Below, one piece after another: positions 14,611 through 29,716 of a stretch of DNA of 64,000 bases (positions within the stretch are counted from its first letter, which is position 1; each line of letters begins with the position of its first letter). This DNA comes from Eledone cirrhosa (Eukaryota): NCBI GenBank assembly GCA_964016885.1, contig OZ024743.1:286440001-286504000 (forward strand), in the 5' to 3' direction. The position numbers and the translations under genes were made by a program. The notes under the pieces were generated by a model. That model was not told the DNA's origin. It searched no databases and saw only the letters and a list, made by a program, of their open reading frames with translations.

Positions 14611-14653
14611 GTAATCTACGCGTTTCATTCTTGTTAGAAATCATCAGGACTAC
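14611..14653 (-). ncRNA. Type I hammerhead ribozyme (inverted copy)
   Basis: Reverse complement of the motif at 14877-14919. Confidence 0.75.
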
Positions 14654-14876
14654 ATATCCAGTGCTTTTTTAGGTCTTCAAAATGTTTATTATAAACATAC
14701 AGAATATTTTCGAATATTCTATGTCTATATTCACATATATATCGCTATTTCAGAGCATTTATTCCAATTTCTAATTTCTGCCGGACCGGCAACCGCTCTT
14801 TCAAACCAGTTCCTGTACACAGCTAAGTATTCTATAAGTCTCTAGCTGTGTCATTCTCGATAAAAGCACTGGATAT

Positions 14877-14919
14877 GTAGTCCTGATGATTTCTAACAAG
14901 AATGAAACGCGTAGATTAC
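14877..14919 (+). ncRNA. Type I minimal hammerhead ribozyme
   Basis: GTAGTC-CTGATGA-tTTCTaacaAGAAt-GAAA-CGCG-TA-GATTAC; stem I GTAGTC/GATTAC extended by a perfect 15-bp helix 14854-14868/14926-14940; palindromic stem III; GUA cleavage triplet; stem II closed by a U-U mismatch. Confidence 0.8.
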
Positions 14920-15186
14920 TTCCCTTGCTTTTATCGAGAATCTAATTGTAATACGTGACGTATTCTATTCTATAGCGATTAGGTCTTCAAAATGTTTATT
15001 ATAAACATACAGAATATTTTCGAATATTCTATGTCTATATTCACATATATATCGCTATTTCAGAGCATTTATTCCAATTTCTAATTTCTGCCGGACCGGC
15101 AACCGCTCTTTCAAACCAGTTCCTGTACACAGCTAAGTATTCTATAAGTCTCTAGCTGTGTCATTCTCGATAAAAGCACTGGATAT

Positions 15187-15229
15187 GTAGTCCTGATGAT
15201 TTCTAACAAGAATGAAACGCGTAGATTAC
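15187..15229 (+). ncRNA. Type I minimal hammerhead ribozyme (second tandem copy)
   Basis: Same motif, 310 bp downstream. Confidence 0.8.
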
Positions 15230-15461
15230 TTCCCTTGCTTTTATCGAGAATCTAATTGTAATACGTGACGTATTCTATTCTATAGCGATTAGGTCTTCAA
15301 AATGTTTATTATAAACATACAGAATATTTTCGAATATTCTATGTCTATATTCACATATATATCGCTATTTCAGAGCATTTATTCCAATATATATATATAT
15401 ATTATATATATATATAGAGATATCAGAGTATTATATATATATATAGAGATATCAGAGTGTC

Positions 15462-16016
15462 ATGTTTGTGGACGCCACCCCTGGAGGGAAATTAGCTAAC
15501 CAGTGTAGAAAGGCCCTGAGAAAGACCCACTTAAAAATAAAGGTGGTAGAAAAGCCAGGAACCACCATAAAATCCCTGATCAGCAAAACCTACCCTTTTA
15601 AGAAAACCCACTGTACCAATAGGAAATGTATCATATGTAAGGTGAACCCCCGGATAAACTGTAAAACTAGAAACGTAGTCTATAGCATAAGATGTACAGA
15701 GGGTACTTGCAGAAACACGACAACAACATACATAGGTGAGACAGCTCGTAGCATAGGTGAAAGGATAGACCAACACTGGGGGGAACTAAAAGGACGAAAA
15801 AACGGGTCAGTACTATACGAACATGCTAGACAACATCATGACGGTAACATAGACAACATAGAAATTAGAATAATATCTAAACATAGGAATGACCCAGCAG
15901 ATAGGCAAATCAGAGAGGCCAGTGAAATAGAAATTAGAAGACCAAAGCTAAACAGAAAGAATGAGTGGAACAACAACAACACCCAAACAAACAACACTGA
16001 CCTAAGAGAAGTATAA
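15462..16016 (+). CDS. GIY-YIG endonuclease domain of Penelope-like retroelement (partial)
   Basis: Cys-rich linker CTNRKCIIC, NVVYSIRC....C..YIGETARSIGERIDQH, LYEH...H, RQIREA, LNRKNEW; open and uninterrupted; RT missing. Confidence 0.85.
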   Translation: MFVDATPGGKLANQCRKALRKTHLKIKVVEKPGTTIKSLISKTYPFKKTHCTNRKCIICKVNPRINCKTRNVVYSIRCTEGTCRNTTTTYIGETARSIGERIDQHWGELKGRKNGSVLYEHARQHHDGNIDNIEIRIISKHRNDPADRQIREASEIEIRRPKLNRKNEWNNNNTQTNNTDLREV

Positions 16017-16289
16017 ATAAATAAGTAAATTAAATTAAATAAAATAAGATAAATAAATACATACACAAGCACATAAACACACACTAGTCACCCAGCAGAC
16101 ACAACACTATACACACTAGTCACACATCACACATAACACTATACACACACGCAAACGCATGCGCAAAGAAGACAAAATAAAATAAGATAAACAAACAAGC
16201 AAATAAATAAATAAATATATAGACAGACTGAACAAAAAAAAAAAAAAATGGCGTAGACATACAACACAACAGGAGGAACAATGAATATA

Positions 16290-16335
16290 ACACCACTGAC
16301 GATGTTGCAGATGTGCAACGAAAGATTTATGTAAA
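16290..16335 (+). ncRNA. Hammerhead ribozyme-like motif in pLTR
   Basis: CTGACGA-t-GTTGCA gatg TGCAAC-GAAA-GATT-TA; strong stem II, weak stem I. Confidence 0.55.
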
Positions 16336-16539
16336 CTATATATATATGTGTTTGTCTATATTGTATCTGTATTATTTTTGACCGCCGGTCAGTCAATGGC
16401 AACATTGAGGACCGAGTAAGTTAGATCGCAGATATATATATATAAAAGACAGCGAGAAGCGAAAACCAACCAAACAGTGAGTGTGTTCTGTTATTAATTC
16501 TGGCAATATTACGCAAATATGACCCTCCCCAAATATAAC

Positions 16540-18300
<1,761 letters not shown>

Positions 18301-21300
18301 TATCACCCCACTGCACAAACTCCCATTGCTGCCATTAACAAACAAACAAATTAACAACACACCAAAGCAATTAAAACCATCCACTCTCGCCTCAACATTT
18401 TTGCTTAACGCCCAAGGCATCAGCCCTTCCACCAATATTCAAAAATGGAAGATCAAATTCCTGGAGGACTGGGTTGATGTCCATCCAAACCCCATCCCTT
18501 TCTTCGTCCTCACTGAAACTCATCTCAGTAACCTCCACTTGGAAGCCGAAGTGAAAGTGAAAAATTTCAAAGCCATCCGTGCTGATCGCGCTGGCAGAAG
18601 AAAGGGTGGGACTGCCATTTATGTCCATAATTCTTTTTCAACAGAAGCTATGAACATATTTTCTAATGGATACTGCGAAGCAGTCACTGTATTCAGTCAA
18701 ACCAACAACCTAATAGTAGTTGGGCTCTATAGGCCACCCCAAACGCCTCTACCATGCTTCAAGGAATGCCTCAACAGCATAAAGTGTTTCATCCAAGACT
18801 GTCACCCTGACAACATCTTAATGATGGGGGACTTCAACCTCCCCGGAGTTGACTGGTCCACAAACAGCCTGCCACCAGGTTCTTCTGCCTCAACCTCTGA
18901 CAGGGAAGCTGTGGAATCGCTTCTTGACTTCATGGATGATTTCTTCCTGTTCCAACTGGTGCTCGAACCAACGAGGTGCCACAAAAACGTCCTAGACTTA
19001 ATTTTCAGCAATCACACTGACACTATCCACAATATTGCAGTGGAGAAAACTCTACTCTCTGATCATGACATGGTTCTCTGTGATCTGAGATTCCACCGTC
19101 CAATATACAAACCCAATGTCATCTCTCCTGTCCATCCGTTTGACGCTATGGATTTCCACAATGCAAACTGGGAAGCGATCAGTCATGATCTTGCACATGT
19201 CGACTGGTCCTTCACGCACACTCACACACCCACTAAAATCAAAAAGTCCTGGCAGACATTTGTGGACACTGTTACAAATATATGTGCAAAACACACCCCA
19301 TTAAGAACTATAAACAAATCTAAGAGCAGAATCCCTAGAAATAGGAAAACGCTCATCAGGAAAATTAAGAGAACTAACAAAAAAATCAACAAGCTGAAAT
19401 ACTGTCAGCAGCAACACATCAACTTGACTGCCATTTCATCACTAGAGATTAAAAAATATAACCTCCAAAACAATATGATGTCTATCATCAACAATCAGAG
19501 AAGAGCTGAAGAGGCTTGGGCCATTGAGAAGATCAAACTCAATCCCAAAGTGTTCTTTTCATTTGCAAAAAAAACACAAAATCACTGGCTCTACTGTTGG
19601 CCCTCTAATTGATGAAAATGGCACTCTTCAAGACAATGCTAAAACCATGGGTGAGATACTGCAGAAACAATACTGCTCTGTTTTCAGCAATCCTGATATA
19701 ACCGATCTGGGCTGTATCGGCGATGTTACTCCCCATTACACCTTATTGGACATAACGTTTGGCGCCCCTGATGTCTTAGCGATAATAAAGGAAATCAAGC
19801 ATAATTCAGCAGTAGGTCCCGATAGGTTCCCTGCTTGTGTCTTGAAGGCGTGTCAACACCAACTTGCATCTCCTCTTGCCAATCTGTGGCGGAACTCACT
19901 GGATGCTGGATATGTGCCAGAAAACCTTCTATCCCAGTCTGTTGTCCCAGTTTTCAAAAAAGGAAACAAATCCCTTGCCGTGAATTACCGTCCAATCTCA
20001 CTCACCTCTCATATCATTAAGGTATTTGAGAGAGTGGTGAGATCGCGAATGACTCACTTCCTTGAGAGTAACAATATGCTGAACTCCAACCAGCATGGAT
20101 TCCGTAATGGAAGGGATTGCCTGACGCAGTTACTGCATCACTTTGATGACATTTTGAGAGCCTTGGGAGAGGGTTCCAACACTGATGTTATCTACCTTGA
20201 TTTCAGCAAGGCCTTTGACAGGGTTGATCACAACATTCTACTGAGAAAGCTGTCCAATATTGGTGTCACTGGAAAGCTGCTGCAATGGATCAAGAGCTTC
20301 CTGTAAAACAGAACCCAACATGTTGTAGTCGAAGGAGTCAAATCCAGCCCAGCCAAAGTCAGTAGTGGGGTCCCACAAGGCACTGTGTTGGGCCCACTTC
20401 TCTTCATCATCTATATTAATGACATCACTAACATCATCAAACACAGCAACATTAGAATTTTCGCTGATGATTCCAAGCTCCAAAAGGTCATCAATGGCGT
20501 GGATGACCGGATAAGCCTTCAGTCAGACCTACTGGCTGTTACTCAATGGGCGGAAAACAACAACATGTTACTGAACGAAGACAAATTCGAACTGATCCAC
20601 TTTGGAAAAGAGGATGCTCTGAAACTCCCATACTCCCTTCCCTCCGGTGAAACTCTCGTGGCATCTAACAACATCAGAGACTTGGGAGTAACCGTGGACA
20701 GCAACATAAGCTGGGCCACGCATATAAGCAGCCAAGTTGACATGGCCCGCAGAATGTGTTCCTGGATCCTCAGAACCTTCCAGTCGAGAGATTCTCACAC
20801 CATTATCCTTCTCTTCTCCACTTTTGCCCGACCACACCTTGAATACTGTTGTCCACTGTGGTCTCCCCACACGAAACAAAGTATCATGAAACTTGAAGCT
20901 CCCCAAAGGGCAATCACGAAAAAGATAGATGGCATGTCAGACCTTGACTACTGGGGTCGACTAGAAAAGCTGAAACTTTACTCACTCCAACGTCGCCGTG
21001 AGCGTTATATTATCTGCATGATGTGGAAAATGTTTCATCAGCACTGCCCAAATGATGTTGGCATCACCTTCAAAATACACCCAAGGCTTGGGCCCCGTGC
21101 TATCCGTCCCAAACAAAAATCTAAATCGCAACAATACGGCACAATTATTTCACCTCAATTGGCCCTGCTCTCTTCAACATCACACCAGGACACGTCAAAA
21201 CAGAAACTGACCACACAAAATTCAAGAAGTCTTTGGACAAATTCCTCCAAGTAATCTCGGACAAACCACCCACACCCGGATATGTCTCCGCAAACAGTAA

Positions 21301-21425
21301 TTCTCTTCTCGAATGGGCCATGGTGCCCAAATCCTGAATTGAAAGACTTCGCCAGATGGTACTATTAAGTTAGACATGGCCTGGGCCAATACTGGCCAAA
21401 ACATTTCAAAGTTATTCAAAGTTAT
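18301..21425 (+). mobile_element. CR1/L2-group LINE, ORF2 (APE + RT), disrupted
   Basis: LLNAQG, LTETHL, GGTAIYV, YRPP, MGDFN, LDLIF, SDH; YRPISLTS, QHGFR, YLDFSKAFD, GVPQGTVLGP, FADD, LEYCCPLWSP. Frameshift at A-run ~19570, in-frame TAA 20304-20306, frameshift ~21140; 3' tail TTCAAAGTTA x2. Confidence 0.9.
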
Positions 21426-21476
21426 ATATATATATGTATATATATATACATATAAATCTACATACATACATACATA

Positions 21477-21710
21477 TCATTATCTATAAAAGGCAGATTG
21501 TTGTTGTTGTGTGTGTGTGTGTGCATGTTCCATGTTTATACATTTGCACAATTTCAAACCGATTCGACTCAAAGTCTGTAAGAATGTTGTAAATGGTCTA
21601 ACTTAGGTCAATGACTATTTATTTCATTCACATTCACCCACAATTACGGAAATAATCGATAAAACTAAATACATGACGCTTTACCCCTCTATCTACTCCC
21701 CTTAAACTTT

Positions 21711-21785
<75 letters not shown>

Positions 21786-22731
21786 TTTGTTTTTGAGTGT
21801 GGAACGGTCAAACATTTATTTACTTCAATGACAAAGAGAACTTATTACATTTCATACGAAACAACAATTATTCAAAAGCAACAGATAAATGTATTCAACA
21901 ACAACAAAAATAGCGATAAATCTTTTTTAAAACATCTATCAACGAATGTGGAAGAAAGAAGTATCAGTTCATTTACTATACACAATAATATCCTCTATGA
22001 GGTCACTAACCCTGCTAGAAACAGCAGCTAACTCTCCCCCATATCACACCACTCCCTACTGTCTTAAATTTAGAAAACATATCCTCTATGAGGTCACTAA
22101 ACCTGCTAGAAACCACAGCTAACTCTCCCCCATATTCAAAAGCAACAGAAAAATTTATTCAACAACAACAAAAGTAGCGATAAATCTTTTTAAAACATCT
22201 ATCAACGAATGTGGAAGAAAGAAGTATCAGTTCATTTACTATACACAATAATATCCTCTATGTGGTCACTAAACCTGCTAGAAACAGCAGCTAACTCTCC
22301 CCCATATCACACCACTCCCTACTGTCTTAAATTTAGAAAACATATCCTTTATGAGGTCACTAAACCTGCTAGAAACAGCAGCTAACTCTCCCCCATATCA
22401 CACCACTCCCTACTGTCTTAAATTTAGAAAACACACATTAGACAACCATGCAGAACAACTCCATCGCAGCTCTGTTGTTCGGCTGGCATCGTCTACGCGC
22501 GCGTTGTGCAAGTACTGTGAAACAATAAATTTCAACACTTCTTTGCACAGAGATAATATCCATAGGCGAAAGTACAATTGTCACTGCTGGCGCAGCTCCT
22601 GCTTCGGCAGTCCAGGTCTGCAATTCATTCACCCAGTGCCTGACAGACAAAAAAGTGCTGCCATCAATTGGGTGGTGCAACCTAACTTTGGTAACTTACT
22701 GACCCCGAGCAACGCCGGGCTTTAATGCTAG
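21477..22731 (+). mobile_element. Non-autonomous Helitron (complete)
   Basis: 5' A|TCATTATCTATAAAAGG then (GT)n; 3' hairpin CCCGAGCAACGCCGGG and CTAG|T; internal (GA)n 21711-21783. Confidence 0.85.
21871..22433 (+). repeat. Nested tandem duplications inside Helitron (~91-bp unit x3-4 within a ~264-bp duplication)
   Basis: TCCTCTATGAGGTCACTAAACCTGCTAGAAACAGCAGCTAACTCTCCCCCATAT recurs at ~21991, 22082, 22254 and 22345. Confidence 0.9.
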
Positions 22732-22834
22732 TATATATATAAATCTACATACATACATACATTTACGTATGTATATAGCTATGCTTTTATACATTTGTAT
22801 ATATATACATGCATTTATATTTAAGTGTGTAAGG
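22732..22834 (-). repeat. Right arm of inverted repeat (partner 13226-13330)
   Basis: See left arm; ends abruptly in (TA)n. Confidence 0.9.
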
Positions 22835-22906
<72 letters not shown>

Positions 22907-22915
22907 ATAATATAT

Positions 22916-23262
<347 letters not shown>

Positions 23263-23297
23263 AAGTAAAATATATATGTGTGTGTGTGTGTGTAGAA

Positions 23298-23702
23298 GAG
23301 GGGTCTCAAACTCAAGGACACAAAAGGGCTATTACGTCCTGGAGGAGAGGCACAGTGGGCCAAACATGGTGGTGGGTGAAAATTTTCACCAGTTATAATC
23401 ATTTCTACTATAGGAACAAGGCATGAAATTTGGGGTTTAGGGTTCAGTCGATTGCATCGATCCTAGTACACAACTGGTACTTAATTCATCGACCCCAAAA
23501 GGATGTAAGGCAAAGTTGAGATCGGCGGAATTTGAACTCAGAACGTAAAAACGGAAGAAGTCCCGTTAAGCATTTCGCCAGATGTGCTAACGATTCCACC
23601 AGCTCACCGCCTTATTTTCACCAGTTATAATGCGATATGAAATATTGGTTCTACCACGGGCCACAGATAAGTAGTGTGCGGGCCGCATGTGTGAGCCCCC
23701 TG
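23298..23702. mobile_element. hAT-Charlie-type MITE interrupted by a SINE
   Basis: Ends gAGGGGTCTCAAACTC ... GGGCCGCATGTGTGAGCCCCCTG. Confidence 0.6.
23400..23613 (-). mobile_element. OR-like SINE, full length, 18-bp TSD
   Basis: Head AAGGCGGTGAGCTGG..TCGTTAGCA, B-box GAGTTCAAATTCC; TSD ATTTTCACCAGTTATAAT at 23382-23399 and 23614-23631. Confidence 0.9.
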
Positions 23703-23789
23703 TTGGAGATAAATAGATAGATAGACGTGAACCAAACACACACACATTTCTTACTCTCTCTGTCCCTCCCTCTTTCTCTCTTCATTTAG

Positions 23790-23820
<31 letters not shown>

Positions 23821-23927
23821 GTGCGTTGTTATTTGGCGTTGTTGAAAAGAGCTGTGGCCTTTGACCTGGCAATAAAAAGCTGTAGACAAATTCTTTCTGT
23901 ACCAAGGCACACACACAAGTTTGTGTG

Positions 23928-24014
<87 letters not shown>

Positions 24015-25049
24015 CTATCTATGTTTATATATAAGGGATAAAAATATTGCTTTCTCAGTCACCAAGCTTCTCAATTCATTCCTTACTACTTATTTTGCTA
24101 CGAGGTATATTATTTTGCAAGGTACTATTTTTCCCCTGAGTTTGTGATTTCAGGGAAAGGTAAGAAATTCTTCATATTTTGCATCTTTTGTATTTTGACT
24201 TTGCAGTTTCAATTGTCTATCCACTCAAAATATTACAACAGCTAACAGTGAAATATAGAATTTAAAAAAAAAAAGCTTTTTCGACTGAGATCAAATGTTT
24301 TTTTTTATTTCAAAAATATATAATTTGAAATAGCTTACTTTTGTTTTGGACTGAAACTTTTTTGTATTTAATTCGTACGAGTATTTTTTACAGAATCTAA
24401 TATAATTTGATTTGGCCCAGTAATCTACTGATATCAAAATCAGTAGTATATTGAAAAATGGAAAAATAGGGTAGGGGGGCGTTTCGTGATTTCGAGGGGC
24501 AAAAGGGGGCGTTTGGCCAAAATGGGTTGAGAATCTTTGATCTAAAACAATCAATTTATGGCGATCCTTCTTTCCCTTCTAAAGTGCTTTTCGTCGACAA
24601 TTGATAATATCCGGCATCACTTAACGTTTTAATTCCTGTCCACATAAGAATATGACGGTAACCGTAACTATGATTGAAATAGTGTTGAATGTATCATATT
24701 AAGATGCATTTTTATCCATGTAACTTAGTTATAATAACATTTTAAGTAGGTTTCCGTTTTTTTTTTCTCTTTAAATTTAAGTGTTCAGGGGAAACGTTTA
24801 AGCCGTGCTAGAAGTAGAGGAAAGACCACCTAATTTATAATAACAATGCTGATAAACAATTTGTGTTACACACACGTACAAAATCTCAAACTATCTTTTA
24901 TTAACTCCTTGTATGGGGCCGTATCCATCAACGGTTGGTTAGATTTAAGGATTAAAAGGCAGGAATAACTAGGAATTATGACGTGTGTGCACTCATCAAA
25001 ATACTGATTGGATGTATTATTTTGATGTTAGGCTATCTAAAGAAAATCA

Positions 25050-26650
25050 TGTCTTGGTGTCGTCCGCTGATCTGTGGTACCATAGTCATGATGTACATGA
25101 TGTAACAAACGGCTGAGAATTCCACTGAACTAGAGAAGGTCTGTGTAGTTTGGCAAACATAAGTGCTGATACATGATTTATGAGAAATCTTAAGCTATTA
25201 GCAACAATACTAATAGAAACACGTTGTGAACAGCCCAACAATGGAGCGTAAATCTTGGTCGATGTGGTGTCCATGATCCTCCATAGCAAGGCATTTATTA
25301 TAGAGGAGGGAAAAAAGCTTACTGAAAAATGATATTGCAGCCTCTCCATAATTAGGCAGTATTTCAGTAGGTCAATATAGTTTATCAGGGACACATTTTA
25401 TTTAGCAGGGATTTATACATAGATTGAGATTCAGAGGTTTGAGAATCTTTCAAGAATGTTGTCGTAAACAGTATTACAAATCATTTATATGAATAGTAAA
25501 GAATTGTAGATGATTAATGTTGTCGTTGCTTGTTAAGGTTTTTTTTTTCAAACAACCCTTTCTCAACTGCCTTTTGAATTTCAAGAATTTTGTACCAGGT
25601 TTATTCTTTCAGTCCATAGTGTGATGTATGCTCCATTAGATCAATTTGTCGGTATAAACAATCGCAGTAACGTGTTTCTGTATACATTGACAATAAATCA
25701 ATTTAATGCAACGTGCCATCCGTTAGGGATAAGACTAACAGAAACTGTTCTGAAGGGGGACTTTTCATCAAAACTACATAAAGGTTTCTTTCATCCCCAG
25801 ATCAAACCAATCATTGATTAGACAGTTCAATAGATTCTTAGCAATAGTTGCAGCTTTCTGATCAGTTCAATTATATATGAATGCATAAAATGGCGATTAC
25901 TTTCCTTATCACTTTCATATTTCAAATTAGCTATGATAGGGTAATCATAATAATTCGGCTTGTTGATTAATCAATGAAAACAGAAATCCTGCCATTTATA
26001 TTTCATATAACAGCTAATTTTCATTTTCGTATTAATAATCTATAATCAATTATTTCTGTAACACCAATACGGTAATATAGTCCAATTCCAAAGTCAATAA
26101 TCTTTTTCTTCTGAAGCTCCAATAAGCCAAAATCAACAGAGTAAGGTCTGTCATTTTGAGCTAAATAATATGTAGAACAAAAATTTAAACAACTTGCCTT
26201 TTTATGCGAAAGATTTATGGTGTCACCACAGAATTGTCCAATAGCATATTCACTAGCTCTATTTTCAGCATTTTCGGCAACAGAAGTAGCAAGGCTAGAG
26301 ATAAACAGCTCCAATGGGTTCTCTAAGATAGATAGCCACACAGCATATTTAACCAAATATCAGTGTGCCAATACACCACAAAGCGAGGCGCATAGCCCCA
26401 AGGATAACATGTACCCATTAACGAGAGGAACACAGCTACCATCTGTCAATCAATCTATAGGGAGAGTTGAAAATGCAGCTAGTGCACTCTGGGCATTCAT
26501 TGAGGAAATTCTTGTCCTAGGATCGACCCCCACACAACAATATACCAACACTAACTGTTCCATAATCAATGTAGATATGTGCCTGGGGTTTTACGCAGTG
26601 TAATAAATAACACAGAACAAATGTAGTCGCTTATACTTTGGGACCATTGC
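25050..26650 (-). pseudogene. Decayed hAT transposase (KIAA1586-like)
   Basis: FCSTYYLAQNDRPYSVDFGLLELQ...IDFGIGLYYRIGVTEIIDY and C-terminal HVSALMFAKLHRPSLVQWNSQPFV; many stops. Confidence 0.65.
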
Positions 26651-27529
26651 CCGTAAATTAAATAACATATCTATAAAAGTGCTTCTTCTATTAAACAACA
26701 CCTACAGAAATGCTACACCCAAGATATCAATGTCACCGACCAAGTCATCGAACGAAACATCGAAAATCAAAAATCCAATTCTCAATAATAGATTAAAGCT
26801 TTCGATTAACAGCAGACACGAATTACATGGAGCTGATTGGCTATTGTGATTATACCAGTTTACACATGTCGCCACACTTCCGACTCTATATCTAAGCAGA
26901 GGAGCCAACTCACTACCCCCATCACATTTCATTTTCCTTTTCTTTCGAAAAAGGAGTTTTTACCTTGAAAGTATAAGGCTATATCCTATCTTACTTTACT
27001 CCCGTGTTCACCCCTTTATTTCTAACTAACATTGTGCTGACATTCCTAAAACAACATTTACCAAAATTATATTGTTTTTGATGTTACCCACAGTGGCAAA
27101 TGTATACTCCTATAATTACTCCTCATATGGTTGGTAACACTCATGGATCATATAAAACTCACATGGATTAATCAAACATTTCAAATCCTTTTATATAGCT
27201 GTGTAACTGTAAGTTTTACACTATTAAATTAACATCTGATCACTCACAAACCAAGATAGGTTTCCCTTGAAATATTTCTGAGTGAATTGAAGCTCTTCTT
27301 ATTAGGAAAGCGATTAAGTTAAACAAATACTTTTAAAAAGAATCCCGCAGGGTACAATATCTACTGAAATATTCTTATTAAACATAAGTCTTATCTAAAA
27401 CAGATGTTCTCGCCAACGCCCCCCCCCCCTCTCTAATGTATAGCTTACCTTTTCATTGTAGATAGTGCAAATATAGTGTGAATATATACATATTTACACA
27501 CACACATAAATACACACACACACACATAC

Positions 27530-27757
<228 letters not shown>

Positions 27758-28172
27758 GCGGGTGTGTGTCTTGTTAAAGACACGACTATTTTAGAGATTC
27801 GATTTTTCTATTAGAAACTTCTCATATTTTCTTATAAGTCATCTGCAGTTCATTTGGTACAACAAACTTCCTAATCCAAAATCTAATCGAAGTTTTTAGT
27901 CTTTCAGTCTTATCATCATGTTTTTGGCTTGTTTTTAATGCATCCTAGGCATTTGTATTTTATGCAGTTCTTTCTTTCTTCAGTGTTCTATGGATTTCTT
28001 ACCGAAATTTGTTTATGTACTTGTGTTGCATAAGCATGTTAGAGGAATGTATTAATGTGACGTAATGTACGCCCCCTCATATATACACACATCTGCACAC
28101 ACTTACATACGCACATGCACAAGCCCAAACACACCGAAACACATGCACACGCCCAAACACACCGAAACACAG

Positions 28173-28206
<34 letters not shown>

Positions 28207-28404
28207 TTTACGTGCTAAACTCGAACCAATGAGGCACGCTTTACGTAGTCGATCGACTTGATAGAAGAAACAGCCATATTTCTCTTAAAGCACACCCAAC
28301 CGTCTTTGAAAAAGGCGGCTATAGGAGATAATGTAAGTCTGAGATAAACTATATGTTGGGGGAGCATGTGTAATTTGTTTTTAGTTCTGACATTCTCACA
28401 TCTC

Positions 28405-28695
28405 TTATACAACGAAAATATGAGAAAGAATACTCAAACTTTGCTACTTCAATGAGACGAGCCCCAGCGGGAGAACGCTCTCTGGCACTTCGTCCCAGAA
28501 AGACGCTTGTCGGTGGCGACTGAGGAGGCATAGGCGGCGTTCCCGCGGTGACGACGTATCTCCTGCGTCGGGCATCAGACGTGAAAGGCTAGTCAACCCG
28601 GCCGAGGTTATACAACGAAAATATGAGAAAGAATAATCAAACTTTGCTACTCCAAACATACGAGCCCCGACGGTGTGGGGGAACACTCTCTGGCA
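28405..28695 (-). mobile_element. Two tandem short 3' ends of a CRE-like element
   Basis: TTATACAACGAAAATATGAGAAAGAATA.TCAAACTTTGCTAC repeated at 28405 and 28608; minus strand reads ..RGNAAYAS. Confidence 0.45.
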
Positions 28696-29716
28696 TGAAA
28701 ACCTCCGAGTACAAGTCATTTCTTGGTCCAAGCAGACAAAAAGGCAGAATGGAAATAAACTATGTATGAAAAGACGAATTAGCCATTGCGAGAAAGCTTT
28801 TGATGATAGGCCTACCCATTCAGAACTGACCCGATAAAACAACAACGACAACAACTTGTTAAACCAACCCCTTCCTTTCCATGGCCAACGTGACAAGTAT
28901 TAAGTGACAAGTTTTAAATTTACTTCAATGTTTGTTCGAAATTGTGTTTAGGATAGTGGTCAACAAGGAATAATGACATTTCTAGAGTTCAAGGAGTATG
29001 AAAGTAAGATATATTTGACCTCATTACCAGCTAAAGAAGGGTCATAGTTATAGGCCGCGTACCCAGAACTATTCTAAATATGTAATTTTTCTTCAGCTTC
29101 TTCAGCTTTCAGAAGCACAGCCACGCCTACCCCAGCAAGTTCAATTCTTATTTTCGCATATTCATTAACTGAACGATAAAAGCGATTGTTACGTCCCTTG
29201 TGTTCTTAATAGCTTTGAGAGAGGCATAAACATCACATAATATAATTTGAGATATTTTGCATTTCATAAAATGAATATATATTTAGGCCTTAGACTATAA
29301 CTGGAACAGGAGAAAATCACTTGTCAGTCGCTTATCCCTTGCAGTCACTGTTGACTGGGAGCCCTAGCTTTGTCTGCCTCCACTGCAACAAGAAATCAGA
29401 TGTTTAAGAACAGCTTAACTATTTCCAAGTTCCAATCTCTCTTTTGGACGTTTGAAGCAACTATCATTGAACTGGTCAGTGAATTTACCCTTCCTGCTGT
29501 TGAAGGGAGTGATACATTTTTACGGTCTTTTAACGGTAATTTTCGAGACATTTCCAAGGCGCTAAATGCGTTGAATTGTTCTAGATAAATTGGGATAAAA
29601 TTTTACGACAACTTTATTAATAAAACATTTTCCTTGCCACATCACGTTACCATACTACAACCAGATTCTCGCCTTCTCCGATATAACCATTTTAGCAAAC
29701 ATTATTTAACGAATTA

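Larger units (their letters stand above)
14487..15388 (+). mobile_element. Non-coding 310-bp tandem repeat (~2.3 direct copies, 14669-15388) with an inverted partial copy (14487-14668); retrozyme-like / Penelope pLTR-like element
   Basis: AGGTCTTCAAAATG recurs at 14671, 14981 and 15291; copies look identical; each full unit has a hammerhead; flanked by (TA)n. Confidence 0.85.

Noticed and set aside
14669-15388. Repeat array as CRISPR
   Set aside because: Contiguous identical 310-bp units with no spacers and no cas genes; eukaryotic context
21452-22762. ATAAATCTACATACATACATAC on both sides of the Helitron as a TSD
   Set aside because: Helitrons make no TSD; the copies are offset and low-complexity, so more likely a pre-existing satellite unit
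25050-26650. Host KIAA1586-like gene (likewise ZMYM-like at 4700-6050)
   Set aside because: Multiple stops and frameshifts and no exon structure; transposase relics
29340-29600. Possible host exon
   Set aside because: No recognisable protein motif in any frame examined
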